Source: Macrostomum lignano
Lineage: Eukaryota
Direction of reading: 5' to 3'
Length of the DNA stretch: 64,000 nucleotides
Assembly: GCA_002269645.1 (NCBI GenBank)
Contig: NIVC01001092.1
Span: 1-64,000 of the forward strand
The notes beneath the pieces are model-generated. The model did no database searches, was not told where the DNA came from, and worked only from the letters and a program-made list of their open reading frames with translations. The translations under genes were made by a program, and so were the position numbers. Below are positions 48,496 to 64,000 of the stretch, in pieces (position 1 is the first letter of the stretch; each line of letters opens with the position of its first letter).

Positions 48496-50078
48496 GCCAA
48501 AGTCAGACACTAGCGGGCAAAAGGAAAGCCAAACTGTTTACCCTTTCTCTCTTGCTCGCTATGCACACGCACTGGATTTGGGCTGTTTAAGTCTACCTCC
48601 AATTTTCGGTCATTAATTTCTTTTTAAATAATTTTAAAAAGAAATTCTATCGTCGATAAAACCGAATGAAGATGCTTGCAGAAAGCCAGTTATAAATTCA
48701 AAAAAAGTTTTTTAAGTGTAAAGGAGCTTGCGAGTTTTTTCAACCAATTTGCATCCTTGTTAACTGATGAAACTAATGGTGTGGGAATTCCTCTTAAACA
48801 GTTATTTTTTTAATTTAGTCATTAAAATCACTGATTACCCGTTTTAAGCTGTTTAATTTTCAAATATTTTAAATGTCCTTTTTTGCATCCTGCCAATACC
48901 AGATAATTTCTATCATTCATGCCTGCACGAATTTATAATTATCTCTCTTTACCAGCAACAATACCTGTCATATAAAACCGCCTGTCCGCCACACCTGTTG
49001 TCCCGGTATATTATTCACTAAGCCAGGTGCATTTTTTCGTCCGCCTAAACCGTCGCGTTATTCGTCTGATTAATTCACGAGTCTCAAATCCAATATCGTG
49101 TACTTTTATCCTAGTTCTATTCGATGAACTGTTTGATTGGATGATTCACGTACTGGCCAGGCAAGTGCAACCCAGTTTGTGTTGCTGCTTTTTTTAAGTA
49201 CGGCTTTTTAGTACTTTGTGCGGATCGGAACTGTCTGCACAGTTATTTCCAATACCTATTGACTATAATCCCCTTTCCTGTTAGACCTCGTATCCCTAAC
49301 TGTTGATAATACTCGTAGATCCCTATCCTGCTGGTTGCAATCCCCATCCCTGCTGTTGCAATCATTATCCCCGCTAGTTGCAATCCTTCATCCTTACTTT
49401 TTTAATCTGTTGGTCTCAAACGGTGACTACAGAGTACAGAGTGCTGTCCCATCTTTGCAGTTTTTAATACTGTGTCCACTGTATGGATCCTATTCAGCCC
49501 AGTCACGATTCGCTATGGCTCTCGTCCATCCGCCTCAATGATCTCTGTTCGCGCTAGTATTTTCGCCCTTTTTTATTGAAGATACAGTAATTTCATTTGC
49601 ATGTGCAGTACATTATATAAAATTTCAATCGATTAAATTTCTTATGACTATTATACGCGCAAAGCACTAGATGATTGTACAGTGCAAAAATGAACAGTTG
49701 TATGCCGGCTGTGTACTGTAAAACTAAATTGTTTAAATCGATTTCAATTTCACGTTTTTCTTTTTACATTTAATCTCAATCAACAGAGACAAAAAACAAA
49801 ACTCAATATTGCAATTGTTGGCGTGAAAGAAGCGACTCACTCGATTCAAACTACTTTAAGTAGTCAGGATCGCGTGTTAGGATTGTGTAATTAAATAATT
49901 TCCGACCAAGAGCTGCAGGTCGTAAATCATGTCGTACAACTTGACCTACTGAAAGCGGATACCAATGCACCTGTTATATGTACAAAAACTGCTGAAATAT
50001 CGATAGTGAAGAAAAAATATTTCCGAAACATAGACAGTTAATGATAACTTGGGTCCTTCTGTTCTCAGTTGATCTTTA

Positions 50079-50946
50079 TTACTTAGAATTGTACGTAGCG
50101 TGTCGCTGATTCATGGGATTCTCGGGCGACTTGTCCCAGCTCTTGTGCACCAGCTGCTTCAGCTGGCTGAGCCGCATGCCCGGTAGCTCCCGCTTCAGCC
50201 TGGCCAGTTCGCGCTCCTCATAAGCCGCGTAGGCGGCCCGCATTCGCCTCTCCGGGTGCCGGTCCGATCCGGCCTCGCCGCCGAGGACTTGCAGCGCCTC
50301 CTCGACTGTGCGCGCCTGCTCGCCGTCGATGGCCAGCCGGTTGACGTTCTCCTCCAGCTCCGGCTGCTCCACTACGCGAGTCTTGGCGCTGCCTCCTGCC
50401 GATGATGCGGCGGCGGCGGCCTCCCGTCGGGCTTCGATCTCGGCGCGGGTCACCTTCTCCGGCACCTCCTGCTTGGGTGTCGCGCTCTGCATCTCCTGGT
50501 CGTGCAGGGCGCGCAGTTCGGCTTTGCGCTCCATTTTTTCGTGCACCTGTGGACGGAGGGAATAGGGAAGGCTGTTTGAATTCCCTTAGCTACACGAGTG
50601 AGTGCTGACTTCTGAGCACATTCAAGCGCACCAAGTACCAATACTGGCACATAGGCACGCACTCGTACACACGCTCACACAGGGTGTACAGCTGCCCTGA
50701 CTCAAATCGTCAGGCATGTACACTGTCTGTGCCGTGGGGGTTGGCCTTCATCGCTGTGAGCCGTCTTACCTTAGCTTCTTTCTCCGCTTTTCGCATCTGC
50801 TTCCGCGCCATTTGCTTGTCATCGTCGCGCCATTTCTCATTCTCTTCGGCTTCGGCCTTCTTCTGCCGCTCCTCCGCCTTCTGAGATTCTTTACGGGCGC
50901 GAGCAGCAGCCGCTTTGGTGTTTTCGCCTTGAAATTTCTTTGGCAT
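50079..50946 (-). CDS. CCDC124: Coiled-coil domain-containing protein 124 (Lso2 homolog), two exons: 50946-50770 and 50546-50079
   Basis: MPKKFQGENTKAAAARARK...WRDDDK, EENVNRL, ARTVEEALQVL, DRHPERRMRAAYAAYEE, and RLSQLKQLVHKSWDKSPENPMNQ. Phase-0 intron AAG|GTAAGA...CACAG|GTG. Confidence 0.95.
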
Positions 50947-50984
50947 CAATCGAAGAATGCTAGAAAATGGGAGCATGAAGTCAT

Positions 50985-51852
50985 TAACAATTCATTCTAT
51001 ACCTGCATTTGTGGGATAGATTAGCAATCCATTCTATACCTGAATTTGTGGGATAGATTAGCAATCCATTCTATACCTACATTTGTGGGATAGATTAGCA
51101 ATCCATTCTATACCTGCATTTGTGGGATAGATTAGCAATCCATTCTATACCTGCATTTGTGGGATAGATTAGCAATCCATTCTATACCTGCATTTGTGGG
51201 ATAGATTAGCAATCCATTCTATACCTGCATTTGTGGGATAGATTAGCAATCCATTCTATACCTGCATTTGTGGGATAGATTAGCAATCCATTCTGTACCT
51301 GCATTTGTGGGATAGATTAGCAATCCATTCTATACCTGCATTTGTGGGATAGATTAGCAATCCATTCTATACCTGCATTTGTGGGATAGATTAGCAATCC
51401 ATTCTATACCTGCATTTGTGGGATAGATTAGCAATCCATTCTATACCTGCATTTGTGGGATAGATTAGCAATCCATTCTATACCTGCATTTGTGGGATAG
51501 ATTAGCAATCCATTCTATACCTGCTTTTGTGGGATAGATTAGCAATCCATTCTTTAACTGCATTTGTGGGATAGATTAGCAATCCATTCTTTAACTGCAT
51601 TTGTGGGATAGATTAGCAATCCATTCTATACCTGCATTTGTGGGATAGATTAACAATCCATTCTATACCTGCATTTGTGGGATAGATTAGCAATCCATTC
51701 TATACCTGCATTTGTGGGATAGATTAACAATCCATTCTATAACTGCATTTGTGGGATAGATTAGCAATCTATTCTATACCTGCATTTGTGGGATAGATTA
51801 GCAATCCATTCTATACCTGCATTTGTGGGATAGATTAGCAATCCATTCTATA
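50985..51852. repeat. 37-bp minisatellite, ~23 copies, immediately upstream of CCDC124
   Basis: Unit ATTAGCAATCCATTCTATACCTGCATTTGTGGGATAG. Confidence 0.97.
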
Positions 51853-52474
51853 ATCATAGCAGATTCAAAGCCACTATTGCACAAACTAGTCCTTTTAAAA
51901 AAAGAAAGTCTAAAAGGCTTCTCTAAAAGTCTACACTTGACCTGTAATTTAAAAATAAGGCCCTGTAAATTATAAAAATACGTAACATAGGTAATTAGAG
52001 TTGAAAAAATCATAGTGCGCGCATGCCAACAATGTACAGCAAATGACAGCTTTCAGAACACCAGGAATACGGAGTTGGATAACCGATTAAATAGCAGAAA
52101 TGGCTAAAAAGATACGTTTTAAAGGGAAATATACAGTAGTTGTAATATTAGTTAATTAATATAATAAAAATTGCAAAGACCCTGGCTAACATGTACACAC
52201 AGATTTTGTACAATATTACCGGTATTTAATTGAATATTACTACCTAGTAGTAAATGCGGTTTTAGCTGCCGCAGTTTACAATTAATTGACGCAAATTGTT
52301 AACAAACGGAAAAATATATAGAACCACTGGGAAAAGTGCATAGATAAAAGTACACAAACAGAAAATAGCTCACTCTTTGCATAACAAAGATTGCAGCTGT
52401 TAAATGTTTAATAAACACATTTAGGGTGGGGGGGGTTAAAACACACTCGGCCGACAGACACTCCCGCACTCGGG

Positions 52475-56391
<3,917 letters not shown>

Positions 56392-56880
56392 AATGAGAGT
56401 TAACCTAGGCTAAACGGATGCCGCGGTGCAGGGAATCGAACCCGGGACCTAATTTGCCAACCTGAAAAAATAACTAGACAAGAAGAAACTAGGCAATTTC
56501 GAAACGCACTTTAAGTTTGTATATTTTCGAGCACAGACTCAAAGCAGCTGCTTAATGGACGCGGGAGGAAAACCTAAGATTTTTATATTATGAATAAAAG
56601 CCGCTGTTAACTAGCAGGCTTGCTTTAATGTACACAGCATAAGATTATGGTTTTACAGTAGTCGAACTTCGAGCAACGCGTAAAAAATAATAATTAACGA
56701 TAGTATAACTATGAATGACTAACTATAGAAACTAGTACAGCGAACAGATAAAATAATAAACAGTCATTAATTCACCGGCCGTCAGGATGTAATTAGACAG
56801 AATAAAAAAATAAACAGCTCGCTTGCAAAATATTAATGCATGATTTTATATTGTTTTAAGATGCGCGATTAACACTTGTT

Positions 56881-60059
<3,179 letters not shown>

Positions 60060-60199
60060 TCAAGTGTTGATATAATTTTAACAACAATTTGTTATTCTGG
60101 TTTGTTTCCACTGTACACGATGATGCCCAAGATGTAAAATAGGTAAAATAGGAGAGTAGCTTTCATTTTTCATTCTAAATGACTCGGGAGAGACTCCAG

Positions 60200-63100
60200 C
60201 GACTCTGAGGAGACTTTAGCGACTCTTAGTGACTGTGGGGAGACTCTAGTGACTCTGGGGCAACTCTTAGTGACTGTGGGGAGACTCTAGTGACTCTGGG
60301 GCAACTCTTAGTGACTGTGGGGAGACTCTAGTGACTCTGGGGCAACTCTTAGTGACTCTGGGGCAACTCTTAGTGACTGTGGGGAGACTCTAGTGACTCT
60401 GGGGCAACTCTTAGTGACTGTGGGGAGACTCTAGTGACTCTGGGGCAACTCTTAGTGACTGTGGGGAGACTCTAGTGACTGTGGGGAGACTCTAGTGACT
60501 CTGGGGCAACTCTTAGTGACTGTGGGGAGACTCTAGTGACTGTGGGGAGACTCTAGTGACTCTGGGGCAACTCTTAGTGACTGTGGGGAGACTCTAGTGA
60601 CTGTGGGGAGACTCTAGTGACTCTGGGGCAACTCTTAGTGACTGTGGGGAGACTCTAGTGACTCTGGGGCAACTCTTAGTGACTGTGGGGAGACTCTAGT
60701 GACTCTGGGGCAACTCTTAGTGACTGTGGGGAGACTCTAGTGACTGTGGGGAGACTCTAGTGACTCTGGGGCAACTCTTAGTGACTGTGGGGAGACTCTA
60801 GTGACTGTGGGGAGACTCTAGTGACTCTGGGGCAACTCTTAGTGACTGTGGGGAGACTCTAGTGACTGTGGGGAGACTCTAGTGACTCTGGGGCAACTCT
60901 TAGTGACTGTGGGGAGACTCTAGTGACTCTGGGGCAACTCTTAGTGACTGTGGGGAGACTCTAGTGACTGTGGGGAGACTCTAGTGACTGTGGGGAGACT
61001 CTAGTGACTCTGGGGCAACTCTTAGTGACTGTGGGGAGACTCTAGTGACTCTGGGGCAACTCTTAGTGACTGTGGGGAGACTCTAGTGACTGTGGGGAGA
61101 CTCTAGTGACTGTGGGGAGACTCTAGTGACTCTGGGGCAACTCTTAGTGACTGTGGGGAGACTCTAGTGACTGTGGGGAGACTCTAGTGACTCTGGGGCA
61201 ACTCTTAGTGACTGTGGGGAGACTCTAGTGACTGTGGGGAGACTCTAGTAACTGGGGAGACTCTAGTGACTCTGGGGCAACTCTTAGTGACTGTGGGGAG
61301 ACTCTAGTGACTGGGGAGACTCTAGTGACTGTGGGGAGACTCTAGTAACTGTGGGGAGACTCTAGTGACTGTGGGGAGACTCTAGTGACTGTGGGGAGAC
61401 TCTAGTGACTGTGGGGAGACTCTAGTAACTGTGGGGAGACTCTAGTGACTGTGGGGAGACTCTAGTGACTGTGGGGAGACTCTAGTAACTGTGGGGAGAC
61501 TCTAGTGACTGTGGGGAGACTCTAGTGACTGTGGGAGACTCTAGTGACTGTGGGGAGACTCTAGTAACTGTGGGGCAACTCTTAGTAACTGTGGGGAGAC
61601 TCTAGTGACTCTGGGGCAACTCTTAGTGACTGTGGGGAGACTCTAGTGACTCTGGGGCAACTCTTAGTGACTGTGGGGAGACTCTAGTGACTGTGGGGAG
61701 ACTCTAGTGACTCTGGGGCAACTCTTAGTGACTGTGGGGAGACTCTAGTGACTGTGGGGAGACTCTAGTGACTGTGGGGAGACTCTAGTGACTCTGGGGC
61801 AACTCTTAGTGACTGTGGGGAGACTCTAGTGACTGTGGGGAGACTCTAGTAACTGTGGGGCAACTCTTAGTAACTGTGGGGAGACTCTAGTGACTGTGGG
61901 GAGACTCTAGTGACTGTGGGGAGACTCTAGTAACTGTGGGGAGACTCTAGTGACTGTGGGGAGACTCTAGTGACTGTGGGGAGACTCTAGTAACTGTGGG
62001 GAGACTCTAGTGACTGTGGGGAGACTCTAGTGACTGTGGGGAGACTCTAGTGACTGTGGGGAGACTCTAGTAACTGTGGGGAGACTCTAGTGACTGTGGG
62101 GAGACTCTAGTGACTGTGGGGAGACTCTAGTAACTGTGGGGAGACTCTAGTGACTGTGGGGAGACTCTAGTGACTGTGGGGAGACTCTAGTGACTGTGGG
62201 GAGACTCTAGTAACTGTGGGGCAACTCTTAGTAACTGTGGGGAGACTCTAGTGACTCTGGGGCAACTCTTAGTGACTGTGGGGAGACTCTAGTGACTCTG
62301 GGGCAACTCTTAGTGACTGTGGGGAGACTCTAGTGACTGTGGGGAGACTCTAGTGACTCTGGGGCAACTCTTAGTGACTGTGGGGAGACTCTAGTGACTG
62401 TGGGGAGACTCTAGTGACTGTGGGGAGACTCTAGTGACTGGGGAGACTCTAGTGACTGTGGGGAGACTCTAGTAACTGTGGGGAGACTCTAGTGACTGTG
62501 GGGAGACTCTAGTGACTGTGGGGAGACTCTAGTAACTGTGGGGAGACTCTAGTGACTGTGGGGAGACTCTAGTGACTGTGGGGAGACTCTAGTGACTGTG
62601 GGGAGACTCTAGTAACTGTGGGGCAACTCTTAGTAACTGTGGGGAGACTCTAGTGACTCTGGGGCAACTCTTAGTGACTGTGGGGAGACTCTAGTGACTC
62701 TGGGGCAACTCTTAGTGACTGTGGGGAGACTCTAGTGACTGTGGGGCAACTCTTAGTGACTGTGGGGAGACTCTAGTGACTCTGGGGCAACTCTTAGTGA
62801 CTGTGGGGAGACTCTAGTGACTCTGGGGCAACTCTTAGTGACTGTGGGGAGACTCTAGTGACTGTGGGGAGACTCTAGTGACTGTGGGGAGACTCTAGTG
62901 ACTCTGGGGCAACTCTTAGTGACTGTGGGGAGACTCTAGTGACTGTGGGGAGACTCTAGTAACTGTGGGGCAACTCTTAGTAACTGTGGGGAGACTCTAG
63001 TGACTGTGGGGAGACTCTAGTGACTGGGGAGACTCTAGTGACTGTGGGGAGACTCTAGTAACTGTGGGGAGACTCTAGTGACTGTGGGGAGACTCTAGTG

Positions 63101-63375
63101 ACTGTGGGGAGACTCTAGTGACTGTGGGGAGACTCTAGTGACTGTGGGGAGACTCTAGTGACTGTGGGGAGACTCTAGTGACTGTGGGGAGACTCTAGTA
63201 ACTGTGGGGCAACTCTTAGTAACTGTGGGGAGACTCTAGTGACTGTGGGGAGACATCTAGTCACCCTGGGGCTTCTCTAGTGACTCTGGGGAGACACTAG
63301 TGACCCTGGGGAGACTCTAGTGACTGTGGGGAGACATCTAGTCACCCTGGGGCTTCTCTAGTGACTTTGGGGAGA
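60200..63375. repeat. ~3.2 kb satellite of 20/21-bp units upstream of RBBP4
   Basis: GACTCTAGTGACT(G/C)TGGGG(A/C) alternating with CAACTCTTAGTGACTGTGGGGA in a higher-order pattern. Confidence 0.97.
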
Positions 63376-64000
63376 CACTAGTGACTCTACGGCGCTTTTA
63401 TAATGACTATGGGCCATAGAGTCGTATCTGAGGCGTACTATAGTAGATGCAGAATCACCGAGTTGCGTCTAAAGCGCATCTGCGCCATTTTTTGAATTCG
63501 AAACGCATTTCGTTTTATAACAACTATCATGATCAGTCTACGTGACTCAACAGTCGCCTCTCCATCGGATTGCAGTCGGTTGAGTCGTTAAAAAGTCACA
63601 AGAGTCGCTCCAGAGCCGCTAGGGTCACTAGTGGGTGGTTTGCAATGACTCTTTAGCGATTCTTGTCACGGTAACTTTTCAAAACTTATCATTGGTAGCT
63701 TGCCATTTCCGATTTTTAAACTCAAATAAATAAGGATTCCCTGTTTCTAATCTGTTTACTACATTATATTAAGAGAATTATTAATTAACAGCAAAGAGAA
63801 GAGTAGGCAAATAATAATAGTTATAACGGACATACATATCAGAATGTTTGCATGTCTTTCGTGTTTTGTTTGTTCACCAAAAATATTAAGCAGCCAGCAG
63901 CAAGCAACAGAAGAAAACTGGGGGAAGGGCTCAGGGAATTTGGGTAGCGAGAGTTTTCATATCAGATTGAATAAAATAACAGGGGTCACTGGGCCCAGTG

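Noticed and set aside
50985-51852. CRISPR-like appearance of 37-bp repeats (also the 183-bp and 20-bp arrays)
   Set aside because: Units are head-to-tail with no unique spacers, no cas genes are present, and the context is eukaryotic.
56418-56455. tRNA-like T-arm/B-box on the minus strand (GGGTTCGATTCCCTGCACCGCGGCA)
   Set aside because: No D-arm, anticodon arm or matching acceptor stem upstream; at most a SINE-head relic or isolated B-box.

Overview
Eukaryotic (animal) genomic DNA with GT-AG spliced genes and dense intronic and intergenic minisatellites. The GC-rich, poly-Ala/Gln coding style resembles the flatworm Macrostomum lignano, but that is inference, not a database result. Genes: a multi-exon NWD1/NWD2-type NACHT-WD40 gene (-, 1141-13692) broken by five indels; an unknown disordered protein with a (S[D/E]RPDR)n tail (-); an intronless ELAV/Hu gene (-) head-to-head with a divergent class A GPCR (+); LAMTOR1 (+); CCDC124 (-); a ZMYM/Woc-like DUF3504 (Crypton-derived) gene with no visible MYM fingers (-); and RBBP4/7 (-). 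The most striking element is a ~8.9 kb foldback-type Mutator transposon (NOF-FB/Rehavkus-like, 34141-43009). Its inverted ends are built from 183-bp tandem units, and it encodes an uninterrupted transposase ORF followed by exons for a Ulp1/SENP-like protease with a complete catalytic set. Also present: three tRNA-derived CORE-SINE copies, two small MITE-like palindromes, a perfect 29-bp hairpin downstream of ELAV, an intronic array of ~37 perfect AP-1/ARE motifs, and tightly packed same-strand genes that could be trans-spliced operons. Exon coordinates were read by eye and may be off by a few bases.
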